The notes beneath the pieces are model-generated. The model searched no databases and had not been told where the DNA came from. It worked only from the letters and a program-made list of their open reading frames with translations. A stretch of DNA of 64,000 bases from an uncultured Polycyclovorans sp. GTDB taxonomy: Bacteria; Pseudomonadota; Gammaproteobacteria; Nevskiales; Nevskiaceae. Below, piece by piece: positions 27,616 to 37,517 of the stretch (position 1 is the first letter of the stretch; every line of letters starts with the position of its first letter). The DNA is taken from positions 76,310 to 140,309 of the forward strand of contig CAKZHZ010000019.1 in the NCBI GenBank assembly GCA_936928855.1. The letters are read 5' to 3'. Position numbers and translations under genes: made by a program.

Positions 27616-28848
27616 CTATCCCGCCGCAATCCGCATGAGCTGGGCGCACAGCCAGGCGGCATAGGTTCCCAGTCCGTAGCCGAGCACGGCCAGCAGCACT
27701 CCGACGGGCGCCAGTGCAGGATGGAAGGCACTGGCTACCACCGGCGCGCTGGCGGCGGCGCCGATGTTGGCCTGGCTGCCCACCGCAAACAGGAAACTGG
27801 GGGCCTTGAGCACCTGTGCCGCGATCAACAGGACGGTGGCATGTACCGCCATCCAGATCACCCCGATCGCGAACAGCCCCGGTTGTCGGACGATGCTGGT
27901 GAGGTCCATGTGCAGGCCGATGGTGGCGATCAGGACGTAGAGCAGGGCCGACCCGACCCGCGAGGCACCCGCCCCCTCCAGGCGTCGCGCCGGGGTAAAG
28001 GAAAGCCCCACGCCCAGGGCCGTGGTGATCACCACCACCCAGAAAAAGGTCGAGGTGAGCGACAGGCGCACAGCCCAGTCCTGACCCGCGAACGCGGCGG
28101 ACAGCGGCGCGGCCAGCACCGCCGCGAAGCCGGCGGCGCCGAACCCGACTGCAAGAATGCGAATCAGGTCCGCCAGCGTGGGGATGCGCGCATGGGCGGC
28201 CTGAAACGAGGCCATCCGCGCCTGCAGGGCTTCGATGGCGGTGGTATCGGCGCCGCGTCGCGCGTCGATGCGGCGATGATTGGCGGCGATCCACAGCAGT
28301 ACGGCCATCCACAGGTTGGCGACCACGATATCGACCGCCACGAAGGCGCCGAAGAGGTCGGCGTCGACATCGAAGACGGCTTTCATCGCAGCCTGGTTGG
28401 CGCCACCGCCGATCCAGCTGCCAGCCAGCGTGGCCATGCCGGTCCAGGTGTCGCCCGCTACGGTTTCGGGTGACAGGGCGCGAAACGCGAGGATGGCAAT
28501 CGGCCCGCCGATGACGATCCCGAAGGTGCCGGCGAGGAACATGGCGATGGCCTTGCCGCCCAACCGGCGGATGCCCGGGAGATCGACCGACAGCGTCAGC
28601 AGTGCCAGCGTTGGTGGCAGCAGGTAGTCGATGGCAACCCGGTACAGCGGCGTGCCGGTGCCATCAATGATGCCCAGCGTGTTCATCAGGGCGGGCAGCA
28701 GATAGCACAGCAGCAGCGCCGGGACATACCGGTAGAACCGCTGCCAGAAGGGGTGGGGGCTCTGGGTGGTGTGGAACACCAGGCCGAGCAGGATCAGCAG
28801 CAGGCCGAGCACGGCGGCAGGGTGCGTGATCAGGGGAGCGTCAGTCAT
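27616..28848 (-). CDS. polytopic membrane protein (DUF819-like)
   Basis: 410 aa with about 10-12 hydrophobic helices and no catalytic motifs recognised. Confidence 0.55.
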   Translation of the reverse strand: MTDAPLITHPAAVLGLLLILLGLVFHTTQSPHPFWQRFYRYVPALLLCYLLPALMNTLGIIDGTGTPLYRVAIDYLLPPTLALLTLSVDLPGIRRLGGKAIAMFLAGTFGIVIGGPIAILAFRALSPETVAGDTWTGMATLAGSWIGGGANQAAMKAVFDVDADLFGAFVAVDIVVANLWMAVLLWIAANHRRIDARRGADTTAIEALQARMASFQAAHARIPTLADLIRILAVGFGAAGFAAVLAAPLSAAFAGQDWAVRLSLTSTFFWVVVITTALGVGLSFTPARRLEGAGASRVGSALLYVLIATIGLHMDLTSIVRQPGLFAIGVIWMAVHATVLLIAAQVLKAPSFLFAVGSQANIGAAASAPVVASAFHPALAPVGVLLAVLGYGLGTYAAWLCAQLMRIAAG

Positions 28849-29555
28849 GGCGGCATCATGGCGGAATCGGACAGAGGCGGAAACCGGGATTGCGGCATCG
28901 GCGTGCGGGCGATGGCCCAGACTTCGACGTGACCGGCACCCGCGCGACGCAGGGTGCGGGCGATCTCGTCGAGGGTGGCGCCCGACGTCATCACGTCATC
29001 AATGACCGCGACACGTCGACCGCGGATGTCGGCGGTCACGCCAAAGGCGCCGCGAACCCCGCGCCGCCGGGCGGCGGCGGATTGTCCGATCTGGTCCGGG
29101 GTTGCGTGAAACCGAGTCAGCAGGGCCGGCGCCCAGGGGATGCCCAGCTGGCACGCCGCCGCCCGTCCCAGCACCGCTGCCTGGTTGTAGCTGCGGTGCC
29201 ACAGGCGCTTCCAGTGCAGCGGAACCGGCGCCATCAACTGGGGGGGAGGCGGACCCAGCGCCCGACGGTGACTGACCAGTGCCTGCGCGAGCCAGTGCGC
29301 GTCTGCCAGGCGGCGGTGGTATTTCAGGCCGTGCAGCACGCGCTGGACCGGAGGCGCCAGGCGGAACGGTACGCAGGCAAGGTCGGCGGGAGGCTGGCGA
29401 CGTCGGCAGCGCGCACAGGCGCCGGGCACGACCACGGGCAGGGCACAGCTGGGGCAGGCCGGGGTGTTCCAGGGCAGCGCGGCCCAGCAGGCGTCGCAGA
29501 CCGCATGGTGTGACGGACTGCGACAGAACCGGCAGGGGCGCGACTGGTCAACCAT
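28845..29555 (-). CDS. comF: ComF-family phosphoribosyltransferase-domain protein
   Basis: N-terminal Cys-rich zinc-finger-like region (CRFCRSP...CDAC...CPSC), and a C-terminal PRTase motif VAVIDDVMTSGATL. Confidence 0.7.
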   Translation of the reverse strand: MVDQSRPCRFCRSPSHHAVCDACWAALPWNTPACPSCALPVVVPGACARCRRRQPPADLACVPFRLAPPVQRVLHGLKYHRRLADAHWLAQALVSHRRALGPPPPQLMAPVPLHWKRLWHRSYNQAAVLGRAAACQLGIPWAPALLTRFHATPDQIGQSAAARRRGVRGAFGVTADIRGRRVAVIDDVMTSGATLDEIARTLRRAGAGHVEVWAIARTPMPQSRFPPLSDSAMMPP

Positions 29556-29631
29556 GAGCTCGTCCGATGGTTGACAATGCCCTGAAATCGCTTAGCGTAT
29601 GCCGACACTTCCTCATATTGAGTACGCCTCC

Positions 29632-30639
29632 ATGCGTGTGCGCCACGATTGGACCCGCGATCAGGTCCAGGCCCTGTTCGACCTGCCGTTCAACGACCTG
29701 CTGTTCCAGGCCCACACCGTGCACCGGGCCCACTTTGACCCCAACACCCTGCAACGATCGACCCTGCTGTCGATCAAGACCGGGGCCTGTCCCGAGGATT
29801 GTGCCTACTGTCCGCAATCCGTGCGGTATGACACCGGCCTCAAGAAGGATCCCCTGATGGAGATCGAGGCGGTCGTCGAGGCGGCGCGGGAAGCGAAGGC
29901 CAACGGTGCCACGCGCTTCTGCATGGGGGCCGCCTGGCGCTCGCCCAAGGATCGTGATCTCGGCAAGGTCGAGGCGATGGTGCGTGAAGTGAAGGCGTTG
30001 GGGATGGAGACCTGCGTCACCCTCGGCATGCTCAAGCCAACCCAGGCACAGCGGCTCGCGGACGCCGGTCTGGACTACTACAACCACAACCTCGACACCT
30101 CGCCCGAGTACTACGACAAGATCATCACCACCCGCACCTATGCGGATCGACTCGACACGCTGTCGAACGTGCGCTCGGCAGGGGTCAAGGTCTGCTGCGG
30201 CGGCATCGTCGGCATGGGCGAGGAAAGCGAGGATCGCGCCGAACTGCTGCGCCAGCTTGCGGTGATGGACCCCCATCCCGAAAGCGTGCCGATCAACAAC
30301 CTGGTGAAGGTGCCCGGTACGCCGCTGGACGGCGCCGAGGCCCTGCACCCGATCGAGTTCGTGCGGACCATTGCGGTCGCCCGCATCCTGATGCCGGCCT
30401 CCTATGTGCGGCTGTCCGCCGGGCGCACCGACATGAGCGACGAGCTGCAGGCGATGTGTTTCTTTGCCGGCGCCAACTCCATGTTCTATGGCGAAAAGCT
30501 GCTGACCACCGAGAACCCCCAGAACGCCCGCGACGAGGCCTTGCTGGCGCGACTGTGCATTCGCCCGGAAACCTTGCGCGAAGGCCACATGCACGTGCCG
30601 GCGGCGCCGGAGGCTGCGCCGCGCTGTGCGGTCGCCTGA
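29632..30639 (+). CDS. bioB: biotin synthase
   Basis: [19 protein letters not shown] radical-SAM motif. The N-terminus aligns with E. coli BioB from MRVRHDW. Confidence 0.95.
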   Translation: MRVRHDWTRDQVQALFDLPFNDLLFQAHTVHRAHFDPNTLQRSTLLSIKTGACPEDCAYCPQSVRYDTGLKKDPLMEIEAVVEAAREAKANGATRFCMGAAWRSPKDRDLGKVEAMVREVKALGMETCVTLGMLKPTQAQRLADAGLDYYNHNLDTSPEYYDKIITTRTYADRLDTLSNVRSAGVKVCCGGIVGMGEESEDRAELLRQLAVMDPHPESVPINNLVKVPGTPLDGAEALHPIEFVRTIAVARILMPASYVRLSAGRTDMSDELQAMCFFAGANSMFYGEKLLTTENPQNARDEALLARLCIRPETLREGHMHVPAAPEAAPRCAVA

Positions 30640-31822
30640 GGCGGGAACGGGACTCGACGCCCGCCTGGCGCCACGGCTGGAGGCGCTGAAGGCCCAGCAG
30701 CGATACCGGGTCCGGCGCACGGTCGACGGCGGGCATGGCGTCTGGTTGCAGGTGGACGGCGAGCGCTGCCTGAACTTCTGCAGCAATGACTACCTCGGCC
30801 TGGCGACCGACGCGCGGGTGCGCAAGGCCGCGCAGGATGCGCTGGACACCGGCTGTGGCAGTACCGCCTCGCCGTTGATCTGCGGCTACAACCGGCACCA
30901 CCGGGCGCTTGAGGAGGCTCTGGCCGCGTTTTCCGGCTACCCCCGTGCCCTGTTGTTCACCTCGGGGTGGGCTGCCAACCTGGGCGTGCTGCGTGGCGTG
31001 CTGGGGCGCAACGACCTGCTGCTGGCCGACGAACTCAATCACGCCTCCCTGATCGATGGCGGGCGCCTCTCCGGTGCCCGCTATGTGCGGGTTCCGCATG
31101 CCGATGTCGCGGCCTTCGAGCAGGCGTTGGCGGCCCCGGAGCCGGGCCCCGACGCGCTGCGGATGGTGGTGACCGACAGCGTTTTCAGCATGGATGGCGA
31201 TATCGCGCCGCTGCCGCAACTGTCCGCGCTGGCGGCGGCGCACGGGGCTGCGTTGATGGTGGACGATGCCCATGGCTTCGGGGTGCTCGGAGCCAGTGGG
31301 CGCGGCGCGGTGGAGGCGTTTGATGACGCCGGAGGATGCCCCCGGCCTGCGCTCTATGTGGCGACGTTCGGCAAGGCCCTCGGCGCTGCCGGCGCCTTTG
31401 TTGCCGGCAGTGACGTGCTGATCGAGTACCTGATTCAACGTGCGCGCTCGTGGATCTATTCCACGGCCCCGCCACCCGCCCTCAGCGCGGCGGCCCTGGC
31501 GGCCCTGCGCATCGTGGAGGACGAGCCACAGCGGCGCGCCCACCTGCACGCGCTGATCCGGCGTTTCCGCGAGGGTGCCGCGGCGCTGGGGATTCCCCTG
31601 ATGGCGTCCCGCACGCCGATCCAGCCGGTGCGGATCGGGCCCGACGCTACCGCGCTGGCGGTGAGCCAACGCCTGCGCGCGCGCGGCTTCTGGGTGGCGG
31701 CGATCCGGCCGCCGACCGTGCCCGAGGGGACCGCGCGGTTGCGCATCACCCTGACGGCGGCGCACAGCGGTGCGCAGGTGGATCAGCTGCTCGATGCCCT
31801 GGCGGTGGCGCTGCGCCCCTGA
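30626..31822 (+). CDS. bioF: 8-amino-7-oxononanoate synthase
   Basis: NDYLGL...[10 protein letters not shown]...FSMDGD, a PLP-dependent acyltransferase sequence. Overlaps the bioB end. Confidence 0.9.
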   Translation: MRSPEAGTGLDARLAPRLEALKAQQRYRVRRTVDGGHGVWLQVDGERCLNFCSNDYLGLATDARVRKAAQDALDTGCGSTASPLICGYNRHHRALEEALAAFSGYPRALLFTSGWAANLGVLRGVLGRNDLLLADELNHASLIDGGRLSGARYVRVPHADVAAFEQALAAPEPGPDALRMVVTDSVFSMDGDIAPLPQLSALAAAHGAALMVDDAHGFGVLGASGRGAVEAFDDAGGCPRPALYVATFGKALGAAGAFVAGSDVLIEYLIQRARSWIYSTAPPPALSAAALAALRIVEDEPQRRAHLHALIRRFREGAAALGIPLMASRTPIQPVRIGPDATALAVSQRLRARGFWVAAIRPPTVPEGTARLRITLTAAHSGAQVDQLLDALAVALRP

Positions 31823-31851
31823 GGCCGACCGCCGGCTGCGGAGCCCACAAA

Positions 31852-31888
31852 AAGAAACCCCGGCGTGTGTGGCCACACGCCGGGGTTG
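31852..31888. terminator. rho-independent terminator (hairpin CCCCGGCGTGTG/CACACGCCGGGG)
   Basis: A 12-bp GC-rich stem, with a T-rich tract on the minus-strand side (tttctttt) and a weaker one on the plus side. It lies between bioF and the convergent OmpA gene. Confidence 0.65.
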
Positions 31889-31904
31889 AGCACGACCGGA
31901 ACGA

Positions 31905-33392
31905 TCAGTCGCGGACCGTCAATTCCACGCGACGGTTCTCTTCGCGGCCATCTTCACTGCCGTTGTCCGCAATCGGCTGCGTGAGGCCATAGCCCACGGG
32001 CACCATGCGGTTGGCGGCAATGCCGCGGCCCACCAGGTATTCCTTCACCGCAATGGCGCGGCGCTCGGACAGGCCCAGGTTGTAGGCGGCGGTGCCGATG
32101 TTGTCGGTATGCCCTTCGAGTTCCACATTGATCTCGGGGTAGGCCACCAGCGTTTCGGACACGCGGTCGAGGATGCGACGGGCTTCCTGCGTGAGGATGG
32201 CCGAGTCGAACTCGAACTTCACGCCCCGGAGGATGAAGCCGCGATCCACGGCGCAACCGTTGGCGTCGACTTCTTCGCCCGGACGCGGCTTGCGACAGTC
32301 GCCGGACAGCGCGCAGCCGTTCGGCAGCACCTTGGCGCCCGCTGGCGAGTTCGGGCATTCATCGAGGTAGTCGGGAATGCCGTCGCCATCACTGTCGAGC
32401 GGGCAGCCATCCTCACCCACCGGCACGCCCGGGGGCGAGTCGGGGCAGAGATCCCGGAAGTCGGGGACGCCATCGCCGTCGGCATCGGTGGCCGGGCAGC
32501 CATCGGCATCCACTTCCACACCCTTCGGGGTGCCGGGGCACTTGTCGCGGCTGTCGGGAACACCATCGCCATCGCTGTCGAGCGGGCAGCCGTTCGGACC
32601 GACTTCGGTGCCCGGCGGGGTGTTGGGGCACTGGTCAAGGTAGTCGGGCACGCCGTCGCCATCACTGTCGAGCGGGCAGCCGCGGGCGTCCACCATCACG
32701 CCAGCAGGCGTGTTGGGGCACTGGTCGAGCCCGTTCGGCACGCCATCGCCATCATCATCCCGGTCTTCCGGACGCATCGGCTTTTCGCCGAGGGCGACCT
32801 TGAGGCCGATAAGGCCCTGCCAGGTGTAGTAGCTCTGGTCGACGATGAGGCCGCTGTTCTGCACATCGTCCAGCTGGTAGCGGGCTTCGATGATGCCGCT
32901 GAAGCGGTCGCTGAAACGCTGCATGAAGCCCAGACCGCCGTAAGGGCCGTAGGCTGCGGTGCTCTCCCCGATGAACTCGATATTGGAGATGTGTGCGCCG
33001 CCACTCAGGAACACCTGGAAATCCGAGCTGCTGTCGTAGAACGGCTTGCCGAGGAACAGCATGCCGCCGATCCTCACCGAGATACGCTCGTAGTCTCCGG
33101 CATTCTGGCTGTCGAGCAGGCTGTAGTCGGCCCCCAGGTCCAGCGCCAGAAAGTCCAGCAGAGGACGCATCAGTCGTCCGCCAAAGGTGCCGCCGAAGTC
33201 GAGGTCACTTGAGTCGGAGAACACGACGCCGCCCATTGGCACGAGAGACCAGCGGTTGTCCCGCGGCTCGGGCGTCGACACCGGCGCGGATACTGCCGCC
33301 GGTGTCTCGGTTGCGGTGGTCTCAGGCGCGGGCTCCTGCGCCTGGGCGACGCCGATCATCAGCGCCAGCCCCGCCATCAACATTGTGCGCAT
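31905..33392 (-). CDS. OmpA-family outer-membrane protein with thrombospondin type-3 Ca-binding repeats
   Basis: Signal peptide MRTMLMAGLALMIGVAQA. Eight DxDGDGVPD / CPNTP repeats. C-terminal OmpA_C domain (NVELEGHTDNIGTAAYNLGLSERRA). Confidence 0.8.
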   Translation of the reverse strand: MRTMLMAGLALMIGVAQAQEPAPETTATETPAAVSAPVSTPEPRDNRWSLVPMGGVVFSDSSDLDFGGTFGGRLMRPLLDFLALDLGADYSLLDSQNAGDYERISVRIGGMLFLGKPFYDSSSDFQVFLSGGAHISNIEFIGESTAAYGPYGGLGFMQRFSDRFSGIIEARYQLDDVQNSGLIVDQSYYTWQGLIGLKVALGEKPMRPEDRDDDGDGVPNGLDQCPNTPAGVMVDARGCPLDSDGDGVPDYLDQCPNTPPGTEVGPNGCPLDSDGDGVPDSRDKCPGTPKGVEVDADGCPATDADGDGVPDFRDLCPDSPPGVPVGEDGCPLDSDGDGIPDYLDECPNSPAGAKVLPNGCALSGDCRKPRPGEEVDANGCAVDRGFILRGVKFEFDSAILTQEARRILDRVSETLVAYPEINVELEGHTDNIGTAAYNLGLSERRAIAVKEYLVGRGIAANRMVPVGYGLTQPIADNGSEDGREENRRVELTVRD

Positions 33393-33437
33393 GCTTGCCA
33401 TGTGCTGTATCCCTTGGTTCATGTGTGGTTTGACGCC

Positions 33438-35543
33438 TTACGGAAGAGGCAGGTCGCCACATTCCTGATTGCCGCCGCCGCCCGACAGCAGGCCGAGCAG
33501 CAGATTGATGCCATTGGTTACCTGGCAGACCAGCGGCTCCAGCACCGGCGATACCAGCCCTTGATCCAGCGGCTGGATGATCAACTGGGTGAGGGCGGTG
33601 AGGCCCGGAATGTCACCCTGACCCTCGAGCAGTGTTGTCAGGATCTGATCCAACGGCAGCACGTCGAGTTGTTCCAACGCTGGGTTCACGATCTCGGTGA
33701 TGACCGACAGCGTGTTGATCAGCTCGATGCGGCCCAGCACTTCCAGCGGCGTCCCTTCCAGCGCGCCCAGCAGCGGGTTGCTGAATGCGGGCAGCAGGGT
33801 GGTGCACAGCCGGTCCGCGTCGTCCGAGGCGCCCAGCAGCGCATCGTTGGCGATCGGCAGGATCAGCACGGTCATACCGTCGGTGACCACGTTGCTGCCA
33901 TCAAGCGGGTTGGTGATGGTGGCGGTGACGCAGGTGAAGCCCAGGCGCACCGCGCCATCGGCGTAGACCAGGCCATTCGGCTGCACCAACGGATCGTCCA
34001 CCGGAATGTTGCCCGAGCTGAGCTGCAGCACGCGCGGGTCGACAAAGGCATCGCCTACATTCGCCGGGCTGTTCGGGTTGCTGCCCCCGGAGCCGGTGAT
34101 CTCGCAGGACTCGCCGTTCCAAAAGCCCGCCTGAGCCATCCAGGTGGTGCTGTCGTCGATTTCACCTTCAGCCGGCTCCGGGTTGGTGACGTCGTTCTGC
34201 AGCTGCAGTGCATTGAACGCGGATACCGACCGGAGTTGCTCTTCGGTTTCGGGGTCGACAACGGCATTGCCGTCGCCGTCGAACACCAACGCGGTGCAGG
34301 CCCCGTCCTGAAGCTCGTTGTCGCCGCAGGTGCGGGTGCGGGCGTGCGCCAGCAGCTGACCGCGCAGCTGACCGCCGCCGAGCCCGGCCACCAGGTCATT
34401 GGCGCCGACGCAGGCAAAGCGCTGCGCATTGCCGAAGGTGAACGGCTGGTCGTTGACCACTTCCCGGGCGGACACAGCCAAGCTGTTGCTGCCCAATACC
34501 TGATCGACCCGAACCTGGGCCTCGCGGGTGCCGGTCTGGCCCTGGAACGTGGCGCTGATCTCGGCAGTGCCCTCGGCCTGCGAGGTGGCAAGGCCCGCAT
34601 CGTTGATGGTGATGATGCCGGCCGGAGCGGCGCTCAGGTCAGCGACATCGGTGACGTTGCACTGCGTGCCGTTGTTGAAGCGGGCGCGAATCTGCAACTG
34701 GCGCTGATTGTTTTCGGCGAGGCCAAAGACCAGCGGTTCGGTGACGCATTCGCCCTTGTCGGCGGTGCAGTTGGCCTGCCCCGGTTCGAGCGGAGTCGCC
34801 GGCGGGGTGGCCTCAATGCAGATGCCGCCAGGGCTCAGCACCGTGGCGGGGATCACCGTCAAGGCGGTAGCGTTGGTCAGCGGGGCGGTGCCGCTGCAGG
34901 GGGAGTTCGGTCCGTTATAGGTGCCGGTAATGACCACGGTGGTGTTGGCACCGATGTCGGCATTGGACGACGCCACATTGGCATCCAGCGTCACCGCATC
35001 CGGGTCTTCGTTCGGGTTGGTGACCGTGAAGGTGGTCTGCTCGGTGACGTCGAGTTCGTCATCATCGCTGGTGGTCAGCGTGGCCTTGTAGGTCTGCTTG
35101 AGGCCGGCCACGATGCTGGCTGCGGCGGGTGTGACCTGCAACGCTTCGCCACACGCTGCGGAAACCGTGATCGTCGTAGCCGGGCTGCGGACGCCATCGG
35201 CCGTCACCGAGATTTGCGTGACGCCGGCTGCAGAAGCCGTCAGTTTCAGGTCCTGATCAAGCGAGGCGACGTTGGGCGCCGTGCTGTCGGGCTGCAGCGC
35301 CGGGCAGGGTTCGAACTTGGGGATCGTGTTGCCGTTCTTGTCGACCACGTCGAACTTGCAGGAGCTGACGCGGCAATCGGTGGTTTGTCCCACCGCCAGC
35401 AACGTGTCGTTACAGGTGAGGGTGCCGATCTCGGTCAGCTGAGGCGGCGGCAGGTCTGGACTTCTGACGGAACTATCGCCGCTGCATCCGGCAACTAGCA
35501 GCACGCCGGCGAGCGCGGCCAGTGCAGGTCGAAAATCGATCAT
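33438..35543 (-). CDS. large surface lipoprotein with bacterial Ig-like (BIG2-type) domains
   Basis: Lipobox LLVAGCSG. Thr/Ser/Asn-rich beta-rich sequence with BIG2-like segments (VTQISVTADGVRSP, AEISATFQG). 701 aa. Confidence 0.6.
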   Translation of the reverse strand: MIDFRPALAALAGVLLVAGCSGDSSVRSPDLPPPQLTEIGTLTCNDTLLAVGQTTDCRVSSCKFDVVDKNGNTIPKFEPCPALQPDSTAPNVASLDQDLKLTASAAGVTQISVTADGVRSPATTITVSAACGEALQVTPAAASIVAGLKQTYKATLTTSDDDELDVTEQTTFTVTNPNEDPDAVTLDANVASSNADIGANTTVVITGTYNGPNSPCSGTAPLTNATALTVIPATVLSPGGICIEATPPATPLEPGQANCTADKGECVTEPLVFGLAENNQRQLQIRARFNNGTQCNVTDVADLSAAPAGIITINDAGLATSQAEGTAEISATFQGQTGTREAQVRVDQVLGSNSLAVSAREVVNDQPFTFGNAQRFACVGANDLVAGLGGGQLRGQLLAHARTRTCGDNELQDGACTALVFDGDGNAVVDPETEEQLRSVSAFNALQLQNDVTNPEPAEGEIDDSTTWMAQAGFWNGESCEITGSGGSNPNSPANVGDAFVDPRVLQLSSGNIPVDDPLVQPNGLVYADGAVRLGFTCVTATITNPLDGSNVVTDGMTVLILPIANDALLGASDDADRLCTTLLPAFSNPLLGALEGTPLEVLGRIELINTLSVITEIVNPALEQLDVLPLDQILTTLLEGQGDIPGLTALTQLIIQPLDQGLVSPVLEPLVCQVTNGINLLLGLLSGGGGNQECGDLPLP

Positions 35544-35696
35544 CGGAACAACTCCCTAGGGTGCGGTTACACTCGAAGTATAGTGCGTAATGTGCGATGT
35601 ACGCACTAGTTTTTGGGAATTTTGTCAAGAGGGCGCGGGGCCCTCCATCGTCAGGATGGCGCCGGCTGTCGGTTGGCGCCCTACAAGGGGGAGCGA

Positions 35697-36410
35697 GTGG
35701 CGGCCAGTACGCTGGTGGTGACCGGTACGGATACCGATGTCGGCAAGACGGTGGTGGCCAGCGCGCTGCTGCGGATGGCGCGTGACCGGGGGCTCCGTGC
35801 GGTGGGCTTCAAGCCCGTGGCCAGCGGCGACATTGCCACCGGGGCCGGGTGGGAAAATCCTGACGTGAAGGCGTTGCAGGCCGCTTCGGGTTTGGCGTTG
35901 CCCGACCATCAGGTCAATCCGTACCGGTTCAAACCTGCCATTGCCCCGCATATCGCGGCCCGCCGAGCGGGTGTGACGATCTCCCTGACGCACCTTGCGG
36001 AATGTCACCGGGCGCTGTCAGCACAGGCAGATCTGGTGGTGCTGGAGGGGGCCGGCGGATGGCTGGTGCCCCTGAACGAGGACGTCAGTTTCGGAGGATG
36101 GGTGGCACAGCAGGGCTGGCCGGTACTGCTGGTGGTCGGGCTGCGCCTGGGGTGTATCAATCACGCGTTGCTTACGATTGAGGCGATTCGCCGGCGGGCG
36201 CCGTTGGTGGGGTGGGTGGCCAATGGCTTGCAGCACCCGATGCCCGAGCTCGACGCCAACCTTGAGAGTCTGCGGGCCCGGATCGATGTGCCGTGCTGGG
36301 GCGTGATCGCGCCGGGCGGCGCCGATGCGGCGCCCCGCATGCTGTCAGCGGAGGCGTTTTCCGATTTTCTGCACGCACCGCCGGAGGGCGATTTCAGCCC
36401 GGCGGCGTGA
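35697..36410 (+). CDS. bioD: dethiobiotin synthetase
   Basis: GTG start gives VAASTLVVTGTDTDVGKTVVASALL, the P-loop, aligned to the E. coli BioD N-terminus. Confidence 0.85.
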   Translation: MAASTLVVTGTDTDVGKTVVASALLRMARDRGLRAVGFKPVASGDIATGAGWENPDVKALQAASGLALPDHQVNPYRFKPAIAPHIAARRAGVTISLTHLAECHRALSAQADLVVLEGAGGWLVPLNEDVSFGGWVAQQGWPVLLVVGLRLGCINHALLTIEAIRRRAPLVGWVANGLQHPMPELDANLESLRARIDVPCWGVIAPGGADAAPRMLSAEAFSDFLHAPPEGDFSPAA

Positions 36411-36840
36411 GCTTGCGGAGCGGCGGTAGCGGCTCTCCTTCGGGAACGAATCGCAGTGCCAGGCCGTTGTTGCAATAGCGCTGCCCTGTGGGGGCAGGGC
36501 CGTCATCGAAGACGTGCCCCTGATGTCCTCCGCATTGGGTGCAGTGGTATTCCGTGCGCAACATGAAGAATTTTCGATCCTCACGGGTGCCGACCGCGCC
36601 GGGCAGGGTCTCGAAGAAGCTGGGCCAGCCGGTGCCGCTCTCGTACTTGGCGCTGCTGCGGAACAGCGGATGGTGGCAGGCGGCGCAGACGAACACCCCG
36701 GGGCGTTTCTCCTGATTCAGTTCGCTGCTGTGAGGGGGCTCTGTGGCTTCGGCGAACAGGACGCGCCAGGCATCCTCCGGCAGATGCGGGCGCCAGGCGT
36801 CGGCGGCAGGATCATCAGGGGTGCGCTTGAACAGGGACAT
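36394..36840 (-). CDS. msrB: peptide-methionine (R)-S-oxide reductase
   Basis: CAACHHPLF...GWPSF...HCTQCGGHQGHVF, with both CxxC pairs typical of MsrB. Confidence 0.9.
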   Translation of the reverse strand: MSLFKRTPDDPAADAWRPHLPEDAWRVLFAEATEPPHSSELNQEKRPGVFVCAACHHPLFRSSAKYESGTGWPSFFETLPGAVGTREDRKFFMLRTEYHCTQCGGHQGHVFDDGPAPTGQRYCNNGLALRFVPEGEPLPPLRKLTPPG

Positions 36841-37001
36841 GGTCGAGTGCCATCACGAGCGGGCCAGCGGCGAGTCTACGCGACGGCTACGAGGGTGTGC
36901 GGCGTTGGGGAATCAGGCAGGCGTTACCTTGTCCACGGCTTTGCGCCTGCCTTCACCGTTGCACTACAATCCCGGGCCTTCCGCTGTCCCGGTCCCTGCG
37001 C

Positions 37002-37499
37002 GTGGATACGACCTTCGTCATCGGCCCGAATGCCTCTCTGACACCGCGTCAGGCGGTGGCATTCATGGTGGTGACGTCGGCATTGGCCATGACCGTTGCG
37101 CTGGGAATGGCCTGGATGGGCTTCTGGCCGGTGATTCCGTTTGCCGGACTGGAGCTGGTTGCGTTGGGCGCGGCCCTCTGGGTCAGCGTCCGAGGCAACC
37201 GTTACCGGGAGGTGGTGAGGCTGCAAGGCGATGCGGTCGTCGTGGAGTTCGGTGTGGTGGGAGGGGGTGTCCGCTCCAGGGTCACCTTGCCGCGCGCCTG
37301 GACCCGGGTGGTGTTGATGCCCGGCCCGCGACGTCTGGCGCCGAATCGTCTGCTGTTGGCGTATGCCGCACAGCGGGTGGAGTTGGCGCGGTGCCTCACG
37401 GATGAAGAGCGCGAGCAATTGGCAGGCCGCATGGCGCGGTCGCTGCCGATGCCGCGTCCCACGTTGGCGGGAGCCGAGACGGCTCCGGACGCAGGTTGA
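37002..37499 (+). CDS. DUF2244-like membrane protein upstream of coxB
   Basis: IGPNASLTPRQAVAFMVVTSALAMTVALGMAWMGFWPVIPFAGLELVALGAALWV. This gene type commonly precedes coxB in gamma-proteobacteria. The start is uncertain (GTG 37002 or ATG 37065). Confidence 0.5.
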   Translation: MDTTFVIGPNASLTPRQAVAFMVVTSALAMTVALGMAWMGFWPVIPFAGLELVALGAALWVSVRGNRYREVVRLQGDAVVVEFGVVGGGVRSRVTLPRAWTRVVLMPGPRRLAPNRLLLAYAAQRVELARCLTDEEREQLAGRMARSLPMPRPTLAGAETAPDAG

Positions 37500-37517
37500 T
37501 TGATTGGAGAGTTGACG

